From a virus (taxonomy: Duplodnaviria; Caudoviricetes), in IMG/VR virus record IMGVR_UViG_3300037808_001421, positions 1,483 to 65,482 of that record: a stretch of DNA of 64,000 nucleotides, one strand, 5' to 3'. Under the pieces are notes generated by a model. That model was not told the origin of the DNA. It saw only the letters and a program-made list of their open reading frames with translations, and did not search any database. Position 1 is the first letter of the stretch; every line of letters starts with the position of its first letter. Below are positions 17,579-27,500 of the stretch, piece after piece. The position numbers were made by a program, and so were the translations under genes.

Positions 17579-18277
17579 CTACCGACCGTCACCCCAATAA
17601 TGCTGTCGGAAGAACTCCGATCCGAACTCGAAGAATCCTTGGAACGCGCCCCAAGAGGCTTCCTTGTAGAACATCTGGAAGAGGGTGTCTCCCTGGTCCT
17701 CTTGTTCTACCTCGGCCTTTGACGCGGGTCTCTTCTTTCCCTCGTCGCGTACGGCGTCGGCTGCTGCCTTCTTGCTGCGAGCCTTATCTCTAAGGCTGTT
17801 CATGGATACTCGTTGGCGATCCTTGCCTAGTAAGGATGGACGTCGGCTGACTTGGCCTGTTTTCTCTTTAGCCCACTCCGGCTTGGTCTTGTTTATCACG
17901 GTGTTTCTACGTTGCCCCAGGCTGGGCGCACGCGTCTGAAAGCCATATCTCGGCGTTGACGCGGGCGGCGATAGCTTCGTATGGACCTCGGTTTCGCAGT
18001 CGTTGAAGTAAGTGCATGACCTGCACTCCTTGTCGTATGCGAACTTGTCGGGGTCTGCGAAGCAGCATGGGCCTCCGTACTCGTGGTTGGCCGGGCAGTT
18101 CTCACAATCTTTTTCTGTGCGACCGTTGAAGCAGTCCGAGGTTACCTCCTCGAGCTCCTTCTCTTCGCGGTTTCTGTGGCTGTATCTCTTTGTGTTTCTA
18201 AGGGTCAGCAGTTTGGCTAACCTCCTGTTGCCTACAGTATTGATTGGCTTATCACCTGGATTCTTCAACTTTTGCAT
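17579..18277 (-). CDS. Cys-rich hypothetical protein (start uncertain)
   Basis: CF...CENC...CCF...CRSC...DC cluster; basic linker. Confidence 0.6.
   Translation of the reverse strand: MQKLKNPGDKPINTVGNRRLAKLLTLRNTKRYSHRNREEKELEEVTSDCFNGRTEKDCENCPANHEYGGPCCFADPDKFAYDKECRSCTYFNDCETEVHTKLSPPASTPRYGFQTRAPSLGQRRNTVINKTKPEWAKEKTGQVSRRPSLLGKDRQRVSMNSLRDKARSKKAAADAVRDEGKKRPASKAEVEQEDQGDTLFQMFYKEASWGAFQGFFEFGSEFFRQHYWGDGR
18248..18273 (-). promoter_or_regulatory. Candidate class-1 phage promoter (AAA-N15-GTGATAAG) near the head of the replication operon
   Basis: Imperfect match to motifs at 24407, 36225 and 38607. Confidence 0.35.
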
Positions 18278-18290
18278 CGGGTTGCGCGCC

Positions 18291-18307
18291 GGTACAATGG
18301 GTCCGTG
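18291..18307 (+). promoter_or_regulatory. Class-2 promoter GTACAAT-N6-GTG (probable leaderless start)
   Basis: TACAAT 18293-18298, in-frame GTG at 18305; same geometry at three other sites. Confidence 0.55.
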
Positions 18308-19867
18308 TCCTACTCAGGTGTGACCCTAGACTTCTATGACGACGGCGGAGCCACGCTGAAGCGGTTCTTCGCCAGTGCGGAAGATCTCCCTGAGGTAATC
18401 AAGACCGCTTCAGTTCAGAAGCCACTTCAGGTCTCGGACGACGCGTTCGCGCTGACGATGCTCGACGACGGGCAGGTGCTCAAGAAGTTCGCGTGCACGG
18501 ATGCGGGCACGACGGCGATGTCAGTGTTGTACTTCCTGACTCATGGCGACAAGCTTCCAGACCTCGCGCAGAAGACCGCGGCTATGGCTCTTCAAAGGGC
18601 CTGCCACAAGTACGAAGTGGGCACCGAGGGCCTGCTGAAGACCGCAGGGTGGTGGTCCCGCTTTCTGCAGGGCGCGGGTAGGGATGTCGCCGCGGGCGCA
18701 GGCCCGCGGGTAGCGAAAGCAACGGAAGAGGCTGCCGGCCAGGCGGCCCAGCACTTTAGGGGTGCAGGTGAAGAGGTTGCAGAGCGTGCGGCCCAGCATT
18801 TCCGAGGCGCAGGAGATGACCTGCTGAAGAAGGCTCCAGAGGCTGCAGAGGAAGCTGTTCGTAGGGCTGCTGGCGCTGCTGGTGAGATCGGTGCTTCGGC
18901 AGGCAGGCGCGTTCTCACCACAAGTGGTATTGGCGCCGGCGCCGGTGCGCTGACTGCAGCCCCTGGTAAACGGTGGGAGGGTGCCCAAGAAGGTGCCGCG
19001 GCTGGCGTACTGGGTGGCCTCGCTGGTGCGTCCGTAGGTACCCCACACATGGGCGCTGCGCTGGCCGGTGGTGCTATGGGATTGAAGCCCTGGGAGAAGG
19101 CCGCTGGACTGGCCGATTCGGGTGCGGTAGATGTGACAGGCATGGAACCTGCGCCCAAGTTCGTTTCTGACCGTCCTTCGGATGAGAACCTGTTCGCTGT
19201 GACACTGTCAGACGGTACGCAGAGATACCCGATCGGCACGTGGACGCAGGTGAAGCAAGCCTCGGCGTACTTCGTTGATGAGAGCGTCCGCATGGACCCC
19301 GCGACACGTCACCAGTTCGCGACCAACCTGGCTGCTCGAGCTCAAGCCATCGGGTTCGACATGCCCGAGATGGTGAAAACGGCGGGTCTGGTTGAACGCG
19401 TGTCTGACAGTAGCCTCAACGCGGGACTGCAGATGCGAATCAACGCTTTTCCGTGCGGTGAGGCGCCGGCGGAAGCGAAAGAGGCGCTACGCCACATCTT
19501 TGAGAAGCGTGCCTCTCTCACTAGCGACGCGATGGCCGAGGCCATTCACACGTTCGACCAGCACTTCGGTCTACACACTCAGTACCGCAGGTACCTACCG
19601 GACCCATGGGAGACTGTCTTTGAGAAGGTCAAGGTCTCCAAGTTCCTTTGGGAAGACGGTGCGTCCAGAGTGACTGAAGACGAACTCGACAACCTGGCGC
19701 TGAACAACGCAGGTGATCTAGGTGAGATCTTCGCCGCGGAGGGCATGATCAAGGGTTTTGAGAAGGACCCCATCGGTGTCTTCAAGTCGCTGCCCGACAC
19801 CCATAAACGGGTCGTCGCGCGGCTGGCACACAGCATCGCCAACAGCGGACGGTCGAGCGGCGCCTAA
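18305..19867 (+). CDS. Putative virion/head protein with many K-x-A motifs and an internal glycine-zipper cassette
   Basis: IKTAS, QKTAA, LKTAG, EKAAG, VKQAS, VKTAG; AAQHFRGAG twice. Confidence 0.75.
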   Translation: MSYSGVTLDFYDDGGATLKRFFASAEDLPEVIKTASVQKPLQVSDDAFALTMLDDGQVLKKFACTDAGTTAMSVLYFLTHGDKLPDLAQKTAAMALQRACHKYEVGTEGLLKTAGWWSRFLQGAGRDVAAGAGPRVAKATEEAAGQAAQHFRGAGEEVAERAAQHFRGAGDDLLKKAPEAAEEAVRRAAGAAGEIGASAGRRVLTTSGIGAGAGALTAAPGKRWEGAQEGAAAGVLGGLAGASVGTPHMGAALAGGAMGLKPWEKAAGLADSGAVDVTGMEPAPKFVSDRPSDENLFAVTLSDGTQRYPIGTWTQVKQASAYFVDESVRMDPATRHQFATNLAARAQAIGFDMPEMVKTAGLVERVSDSSLNAGLQMRINAFPCGEAPAEAKEALRHIFEKRASLTSDAMAEAIHTFDQHFGLHTQYRRYLPDPWETVFEKVKVSKFLWEDGASRVTEDELDNLALNNAGDLGEIFAAEGMIKGFEKDPIGVFKSLPDTHKRVVARLAHSIANSGRSSGA

Positions 19868-19875
19868 TAGGGACC

Positions 19876-20748
19876 ATGCTAGTTACTCCTAAGAACTTTG
19901 GCCTCGACAGGGCCCATGCGCCGTCTCCGGTTCGTGGGTCTGCTGAGCCAATCATACGGTTCTTCTCGTACCACGACGCGCACCCCGTTGCGTTGTCGAT
20001 GGTGCTTGTTAAGGAGTTCGGGCATCAGTGGACCCTTTGGGACAGGGAGACCCTTCGAACAGAGATCATCAAGACCTTCAGGGCGACCAGCGTCTCCGAC
20101 CACAACTGGAGTAAAATCCAAGCCATCCGTACGCTGGTCACGTCAATTGGCGCCTGGAAAGAGTGGCATGTCTTCGAGAAGGTAGTCATCTCGCTCAACA
20201 ACGTGGTGCCCGACTTCGGCATGGCGCAGCGGTGTTCGCTATGCCAGCTAACAGCGGGTGTCGACATCATCAGCCAGGTCCGGAAAGAGGAGTACAACCT
20301 CGAGGTCTGCGGCTACGTGGCATCCAGCGCGCTAGCCGAGGGCGTCACCTACCTACCCGACCCCCTGGACTTTGCTCAGGCGTGCCTGGAGGAACCTCAG
20401 TATGAGTGCCTCGATTGTGGGAACATGGACGACGACGACCTGGACGATGAGCGATGTGACGCTTGTGTTGACAGGTACGGTGACGATCATCCCTTCAACG
20501 GTAAGCCTGCCGAGAATGTCCCTGACGAGGTAGGGCGCAACCTGCGCAAGTTCAAGAAACGTGACCCCGCCGCGGTCAAAAAGGCATACTCCAAGTTCCG
20601 TGGTAAAGAAGAGGCAGACGTAGACCCCGACAACCCTGAAGAGGTGCAGGCTGCAAAGCTGGCAGTCGCGGAGAATTACCGCCGACTTCGGAGAGGCCAA
20701 TTGGTCGATCAGTTAAAGGCGCTGAAGACTTGGGTAGCCTCGCCATGA
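19876..20748 (+). CDS. Hypothetical protein with CxxC pairs, upstream of portal
   Basis: ORF track; CLDC...CDAC. Confidence 0.75.
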   Translation: MLVTPKNFGLDRAHAPSPVRGSAEPIIRFFSYHDAHPVALSMVLVKEFGHQWTLWDRETLRTEIIKTFRATSVSDHNWSKIQAIRTLVTSIGAWKEWHVFEKVVISLNNVVPDFGMAQRCSLCQLTAGVDIISQVRKEEYNLEVCGYVASSALAEGVTYLPDPLDFAQACLEEPQYECLDCGNMDDDDLDDERCDACVDRYGDDHPFNGKPAENVPDEVGRNLRKFKKRDPAAVKKAYSKFRGKEEADVDPDNPEEVQAAKLAVAENYRRLRRGQLVDQLKALKTWVASP

Positions 20749-21476
20749 AGAAAGCTCAGTTGCAAGCCCTGGAGTCCGAGCTCATCGCAATCAAGGAGGC
20801 ATCCTTCGCCAAGAACATAGCCACCTTCGCCGGCCGGCTCAAGCCCGGGAACATCATGAAGGGGATGGGCGAGGGCTGGGATATGTCATCGCCCACAGGT
20901 CTCTTGAAGGGCACCACCGAGATGGGTAAGGACTTCAAGAAGGTGCTCGACACTCGGAAGAGTCAGATTGCAGCCGGTGCTGCCGATGGCGCTACGCTAG
21001 GGGACAAAGCCAAGGGATTCCTGGCGAAGAACCTGGGCGCAGGCCAGTGGCTTCAGCCCGGCGCCAAGACCAGCCAGGGTGCTCAAGGCGTTGCCGAGCG
21101 TCTGTCTCGAGGCGGTTGGACAGGCGAAGGACGTCTCACCAAGTACATGCCTTTGGGGCAGAAGGGCGGGCACGCTCTGTACGCAGGGATGGCTGTTCCT
21201 GGTCTGGTGAAGTCCATGAAGCATGGGGATACCGGACAGGGTGGAGTCGCTGAACAGGCTGGCGGCTTGGCAGGATTCACAATTCCAGGTATTGCAGGTG
21301 CAGGCTTGGGCATGACTCCCTTGGTGATGGCGCTGGGTGCCTCCGAGGCTGGCAAGTACCTGGGGCGTAAAATTGACCAGCGGAACGACCCACAACCCTT
21401 CGAACGTCTTGAGCGAGACCATCGTTCAGTCAAGTCAAACCTCATGAGACAAACACTAGAGACGGTACCGCGGTAA
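20745..21476 (+). CDS. Gly-rich putative cargo/membrane protein with ELIAIKEA leader
   Basis: MKKAQLQALESELIAIKEASF; C-terminal GxxxG hydrophobic segments. Confidence 0.7.
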   Translation: MKKAQLQALESELIAIKEASFAKNIATFAGRLKPGNIMKGMGEGWDMSSPTGLLKGTTEMGKDFKKVLDTRKSQIAAGAADGATLGDKAKGFLAKNLGAGQWLQPGAKTSQGAQGVAERLSRGGWTGEGRLTKYMPLGQKGGHALYAGMAVPGLVKSMKHGDTGQGGVAEQAGGLAGFTIPGIAGAGLGMTPLVMALGASEAGKYLGRKIDQRNDPQPFERLERDHRSVKSNLMRQTLETVPR

Positions 21477-23491
21477 TGTCCTCAGATCTTCTACTCACGG
21501 GGTCCAGTGCGTCGAGGTTTACCTCTCGAGCTGGCCGGTCTCTTTCAGGTGAAGGCGTCACGTCCATCAGGTACCCCTCTCCCTTCTTCGACATCGCACA
21601 CACGTACCTGCCGAACTCCACGAAGGATCTCCTCAAGTGGTGCAGGTTCTACTTCCTCACGAATCCGCTCATCAACGCGGTCTGCTACAAGATGGCCGAG
21701 TACCCGGTCACGGACCTGCTGTTCGACACCGAGGATACTGAGCTCAAACGCAGGTGGACTCACCTGTTTCGACACATCCTCAAGTTCAAGAAGTTCCAGG
21801 TCGAAGCAGGGCTGGACTACAACACCTACGGCAACTGCTTCATCTCGATCTTCTACCCGTTCATCAAGTTCCTCATCTGCACGTCGTGCAGGAAGCGCGT
21901 TCGGGTTGATCGCCAGAAGTACACGTTCCGTGAGCATAGGTTCCATGGGACGTGCCGCTCCTGCCAGCACACGGGAGTGTTCAAAGTCTATGACCACTAC
22001 ATCCGGGCGGTGCAGGACCTTCGACTCATCCGATGGAATCCTGAGTACATCACCATTCGCCACAATGAGGCGACGGGCGAGAGCCAGTACTACTACCGTA
22101 TCCCGCCAGGTCTTGCGAACGACGTCCGCATGGCGAAGCGGCACACCATCGAACGAACGCCTCAGATCTTTGTGGATGCTCTGAGGAAGAACAAGCAGCT
22201 GCTGTTCAGCAGGGACAACATCTTCCACCTGAAGCGTCCGACCATCGCACAGAAGGACAAGGGCTGGGGTCTGCCAATGATCCTGCCCGTGCTGAAGGAC
22301 ACCTTCTATCTGCAGATTCTCAGGAAGGCGCAGGAAGCTATCGCTACAGAGCACATTGTACCGCTGCGCATTCTGTTCCCGCAGTCGGCATCGAACAGTG
22401 CTGACGTTTACTCAACGCTCAACCTGAGTAACTGGCGTAAGAAAATCGAGCAGGAGATCCTGCGCTGGCGTCTCGACAACAACTACATCCCCACGATGCC
22501 CATCCCGGTGGGTCAGCAGACCCTTGGCGGTGACGGACGAGCTCTCATGCTCGCGCAAGAGTACCGTGTCTGGGCGGAACACATCGTCGCAGGCATGGGC
22601 GTACCCATCGAGTTCGTCTTCGGCGGAATGCAGTACTCGGGTTCGAACGTCTCGATGAGAATCCTGGAGAATCACTTCCTGGATTACCGTGCAGACCATC
22701 AGGCGCTCATCCGCGACTTCCTCATGCCCAACATCGCAGCCTTCATGGGCTGGGAGAGGGTGCCGTTCCACTTCCGCAACTTCAAGATGGCGGATGACCT
22801 ACAGCGCAACGCGTTCCTCCTGAACTTGAACCAGGCTGGCAAGGTTTCGGACAAGTCGTTGCTCGAGGAGAGCGACTTCGATTCCTTGGTCGAGAACAAG
22901 CTCATTGCTGAGGAGCAAAAGTACGAGCTCGAGAACCAGAGACAGTCCGCAGTCGCCCAGGCACGTATTCAGGGTGAGTCTCAACTGGCGCTGGTCAAGT
23001 ACCAGAACCGGGCGATGATGATGCAGCAGCAGGCGCAGGGCGCCATGCAGCCTGTGGGCCCGAACCAGGCGCCAGGTATGCAGGGCATGGTCAGCCCAGA
23101 AGCCATGGGACAAGGCATGGTCGCGCAGCAGGGCATGGCTAACATGACCGGCGAAGCGACTGCCGGCCAGCCTATGGAGCCGCCTGAGCAGGACCCTGCG
23201 TCCGCGGCCAATGGCGCCATGCCAGGAGGCATGGCGTCTCCGCTCAACGAAGAGAGCGAATTCGGCGCCGACCTGGTTAGCATTGCCAAGAAGATCGCGG
23301 CACGTCTCGACCAGATGCCTGATGACCAGAAGCAATCTCACCTGATTGACCTCCAGCAACAGCAGCCTCAGTTGTACAGCTTTGTCCTCCAGTTGCTGCA
23401 GCAATCCGCTGGCGCGCATGTACCTTCTCAAGCACAGCCGTTGCCCGAGCAGAGACCGCCTCGCCGCGGGCCTGAAGCCGCAGCAGTCTAA
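21476..23491 (+). CDS. Portal protein with Zn-ribbon insertion
   Basis: NPLINAVCYKMAEYPV, LDYNTYGNCF, IFHLKRP..GWGLP, IVAGMGVP; CTSC...CRSC insert; Q/M/P-rich tail. Confidence 0.8.
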   Translation: MSSDLLLTGSSASRFTSRAGRSLSGEGVTSIRYPSPFFDIAHTYLPNSTKDLLKWCRFYFLTNPLINAVCYKMAEYPVTDLLFDTEDTELKRRWTHLFRHILKFKKFQVEAGLDYNTYGNCFISIFYPFIKFLICTSCRKRVRVDRQKYTFREHRFHGTCRSCQHTGVFKVYDHYIRAVQDLRLIRWNPEYITIRHNEATGESQYYYRIPPGLANDVRMAKRHTIERTPQIFVDALRKNKQLLFSRDNIFHLKRPTIAQKDKGWGLPMILPVLKDTFYLQILRKAQEAIATEHIVPLRILFPQSASNSADVYSTLNLSNWRKKIEQEILRWRLDNNYIPTMPIPVGQQTLGGDGRALMLAQEYRVWAEHIVAGMGVPIEFVFGGMQYSGSNVSMRILENHFLDYRADHQALIRDFLMPNIAAFMGWERVPFHFRNFKMADDLQRNAFLLNLNQAGKVSDKSLLEESDFDSLVENKLIAEEQKYELENQRQSAVAQARIQGESQLALVKYQNRAMMMQQQAQGAMQPVGPNQAPGMQGMVSPEAMGQGMVAQQGMANMTGEATAGQPMEPPEQDPASAANGAMPGGMASPLNEESEFGADLVSIAKKIAARLDQMPDDQKQSHLIDLQQQQPQLYSFVLQLLQQSAGAHVPSQAQPLPEQRPPRRGPEAAAV

Positions 23492-23514
23492 GGGCTAAGA
23501 AAACCTCCGCGACG

Positions 23515-23778
23515 CTACTCGAGCGTGCGGAGGCGTTTGATGCATGCAGGACATACGTGCTTGTGCAGGAATGACATCTCCTTTCGGATGCGGTCATCCA
23601 CCTTGTCGAGGAAGAGCTCGTTTTCGAACACCTCCATCAGGCATTCGATGGAGCACAGCTTCTTACGTGCCGTGACTCCATCGACTAGGCCCTTTCGGTT
23701 GATCTCAAAGATTTCCTCTTCGCAGGGGAGCTTGCACCTTTCGCACAGGACCCTACGCGCTTTTCTGGGAACGCCCAT
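23515..23778 (-). CDS. Small TRASH/MYM-like zinc-finger protein
   Basis: CERC...LCSIEC...VCPAC. Confidence 0.6.
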   Translation of the reverse strand: MGVPRKARRVLCERCKLPCEEEIFEINRKGLVDGVTARKKLCSIECLMEVFENELFLDKVDDRIRKEMSFLHKHVCPACIKRLRTLE

Positions 23779-24376
23779 TCCATAGCCAGCGGAAGAACTC
23801 CGCGTCCCAAGTTTCGCGGGCACACACCCAGTGGACGGCACCGAGTTTCTCGGGCCGGAACATCATGACGGACTTGCCGCCACTCACTGCGCCATACTCA
23901 ACAACGAGGGCCGTACCTGGCACGTCCTGTGAGAACTGGCTGTTACATAGGACACACCAATCCATGCGCTCGAACATGCGGATACCACCGTCGTAAGCGC
24001 ACGCTGCGTGTAGGAACCGAATACGCGCGTTGTCGCCAAACGCGTCTGGAATCAGGCGAGCAGGATGGCCCGTTGGATACCTGATCGTTCCTGTCCTGAG
24101 GCGGACGACAGCGTCGGTGTTCGGATCTACTTCTTCGAGGCAGCCTGTGCAGCGGATCTGTGGACCCGCCGGATTATCTCTTCTTCGATCAGGAGCTTGC
24201 TGAAGAATCCTGCGGCTCCGAAGAGCCCGGCGAGAAAGCCTGTTGCTGCTAGGCGGAGCATCAGCCCTCGCCTTCTTCGGGAGTCTCATCGTCCTCAGTG
24301 TCGTCGTTGGGTGCCCCTCCGACAGCCTCGTCCATTTCGTCTGAAAATTCGTCGAGGGATGAGCGGTCTCCCTCAT
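23753..24376 (-). CDS. Cys/His-rich protein with two treble-clef-like repeats
   Basis: CTGC...HAAC and CVLC...HWVC. Confidence 0.55.
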   Translation of the reverse strand: MRETAHPSTNFQTKWTRLSEGHPTTTLRTMRLPKKARADAPPSSNRLSRRALRSRRILQQAPDRRRDNPAGPQIRCTGCLEEVDPNTDAVVRLRTGTIRYPTGHPARLIPDAFGDNARIRFLHAACAYDGGIRMFERMDWCVLCNSQFSQDVPGTALVVEYGAVSGGKSVMMFRPEKLGAVHWVCARETWDAEFFRWLWNGRSQKSA

Positions 24377-24406
24377 TGCCTGGTTGATTTGAAGTGCTAT
24401 TTGCCA

Positions 24407-24441
24407 CTACGTCCCTTATGCCCATGCAACGCCTGGGTTTT
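24407..24441 (-). promoter_or_regulatory. Class-1 phage promoter AAA-N16-GGCATAAGGGACGTAG
   Basis: 15/16 identical to 36225-36240; intergenic, upstream of a minus-strand gene. Confidence 0.65.
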
Positions 24442-24521
24442 TATGCGCAGCACAGCCGTGTAATATGGCCCTTAGACGGCTCGAGCTGGCCCCGCGCCGG
24501 TGAAGAAGAGGCGCAGACAGC

Positions 24522-27500
24522 ATGACAGAGTTCAATCCTCAAAAAGAGTTCGACAACCTCAAGAGCTCGCTCACCGACACCATCAAGGATTACTTTCCCC
24601 TCGAGGGCGCCCGCCGCACACTGCGCGCAAAGCGTGTCTGGGTCGATGATAACAAGGACATCGACGACGTCACTGAGCAGAAGGCCGCGAAGATAAAGGG
24701 TCGTAGCTGGACGGTGCCTCTCAAAGCAGAGGTAGAGCTCGTAGACAACAAGACAGGCAAGGTCGTAGACAACAAGACGGTCTCCCTCGCTCAGCTGCCC
24801 AAGATCACCCGAAGGTACGGGTACATCGTCAAAGGCAACGAGTGGTCCCCCATCAACCAGTTTCGGCTGAAGTCAGGTGTCTACACTCGAGAGAAAGACA
24901 ACGGCGAGCTCGAGTCGCAATGGAACCTGGCCAAGGGCTATGGGTTCAAGATGCAGTTCGATCCGGACCCTAAGTCTCGGAAGATGAACATCACCCACGG
25001 GACGACGAACACGCCTCTGTACCCGGTGCTCAAAGCCATTGGTGTGGACGACGACGCCATTGAGAAGGCGTGGGGCAAAGAGCTCCTTACCGCCAACAAG
25101 AAGTACGAGGGCAGCCCCAGGCAGATGCGTCAGCTGTTCAAGACTCTGACGGGCAATGCCCCTCCTGAGAAGATGGAGGAAGTCACTGCCGGCATCCGTG
25201 AAGCCTTCGGCAAGACCGAGTTGCGTCCGGATTCTACCAAGCTGACGCTGGGCAAAGGGTTCGATACAGTCAACGGCTCCGCGCTGCTGACGGGTAGTAG
25301 GAAGATCCTCGACATCTCCAAGGGGAAGGCAGATCCTGATGACCGTGACAGCCTGCAGTTCAAGGACCTGTTCGGAGTGGAAGACTTGCTCACCGAGCGC
25401 ATAGGTAAGGACCGTCGCTTCAAGATTCTCAATCGCATGAAGAAGAAGGTTGATAGCGTGAAGAAGGTTCACGACGTCATCTCTCCCGACACATTCGGCA
25501 AGCACGTCACGTCCTTCTTCACGAGCTCGACGCTCGCTGACATGCCGAAGCAGCAGAACCCTGTCAGCTTCCTCGGTGAAGCTCGCAAGACCACCATTGG
25601 TGGGCAACACGGGCTGGAGAGCTCGAGGGCTATCTCGCTCGAGGCCCAGTCCATCAACGCTAGCCATGTTGGGTTCTTAGACCCAGTCAAGACTCCTGAG
25701 AATGACCGCATCGGTACAGTGCTGCAGATGTCCGCGGCGTCAACCAAGAAGGGGAAGACTATTCGTACGCGCGCCTTCAACATGAAGACGGGCAAGCTCG
25801 AGTACATCGAGCCGCACACGGCATTGAAGTCGCGGCTAGCTTTTCCTGACCAGTACACCTGGAAGAACGGAAAGCCCACAGCCATACATGACCGCGTGAA
25901 GATCACGGATGACGAGGGTGAGATCCGTAGCAGTGCCCCTAAGGACGTAGACTACGTTCTTCGTTCGACCAAGGGCCTCTTCGACCTGTCCACGAACATG
26001 ATCCCTTTCCTGTCGTCAGACCAGGGCAACCGTACGATGGTCGCCGCGCGTCAGCTCGAGCAGGCTGTTTCCCTGAAGCACCGCGAGCGCCCGCTGGTAC
26101 AGACCAAGTCAGAGGGGTCAACGACTTTCGAAGCCGTGATGGGGAAGCTCAACTCTCACGTTGCTCCCGTGGGTGGGAAAGTCACGAAGGTCACGAAGGA
26201 CAACATCATCATCAAGGACGCCAGTGGCAAGTCTAAGAAGGTTCCGATCTACAACGACTTCCCTCTGAACGACAACCACACCTTCATGACTGCCACTCCT
26301 GTCGTGAAGGTCGGTGACACTGTCGAGAAGGGCAAGCTGCTCGCGGATACCAACTACACCAAAGGTGGAGACCTGGCGCTAGGCACCAATCTCAACGTGG
26401 CGTACACGCCCTTCAAAGGATACAACTTTGAGGACGGTATCGTCATCTCAGAGAACGCGTCTAAGAAGCTGACCTCTGAGCACATGCACCGTGAAGGCAT
26501 CAAGAAAGAGCGGGGCACAGTTCTCAGTAAGAAGAGGTTCCTGGCTGAGACTGCGGGCCGGGTTACTAAAGAGCAGGCGGCGAAGCTCGATGATGAAGGT
26601 GTCGTCAGAGAGGGTACTCGACTCGTTCACGGCGACATCATGATAGGTGCGCTGAAGGAAGAGGCTGCCAGCCGGGAGAGGCAGGCGCTCGCGCAGTTCT
26701 CAAAGGGTAAGATCAAGCCCGTCGTTGCGCGGCCCCGCACCTGGGACAAGGAGTACGAAGGCACTGTCTCCCAGGTTGTCAGGCACGGTAAGGACACTAC
26801 GATCTACGTGAAGACTGAGACCCCCGCGGGCATTGGTGACAAGATCGTCGGCAGGCACGGCAACAAAGGCATCATCTCTATGGTCCTGCCTGACCACGAG
26901 ATGCCCCACACCAAAGACGGTGAGTCGATGGACGTACTGCTGAATCAGTCAGGCGTTCCGACCCGCATCAACTTGGGGCAGGCTCTCGAGACCGCGGCAA
27001 GTAAGATTGCCAAGAAGACAGGCAAGACTTACGTCGTCAACAACTTCGACCCCAAGAACCCCGACTACACAAGGGGGATGCTCAAGGAGCTCAAGGATCA
27101 CGGCCTATCCGACCAGGAGGAGTTGATCGATCCCCAAACTCGTAAGAGCTACGGCTCTGTTCTCGCCGGCAAGCAGTACATCATGAAGCTCGAGCACCAG
27201 GCCGAGAAGAAGATGAAGAACAGGTTCCGCGGACCGTACAGCGTGAACCGCTCACCCAAGGGTGGTGGTGACTCCGGCGGGCAGCAGATGGACATGTTCG
27301 GGCTGACGGCCCTGCTGGCGCACGGTGCCAAGGAGAATATCAGGGAGTCTCAGACCTCGCGTTCGGACATGAACGATGACTTCTGGATGTCCATCCAGGC
27401 GGGCGACCCGATCCCTGCTCCCAAGATTCCGTTCGCGTACAAGAAGTTCGAGGGCCTGCTACGCGCCGCCGGCGTCGACGTTGAGAAGAACGGTAACGAG

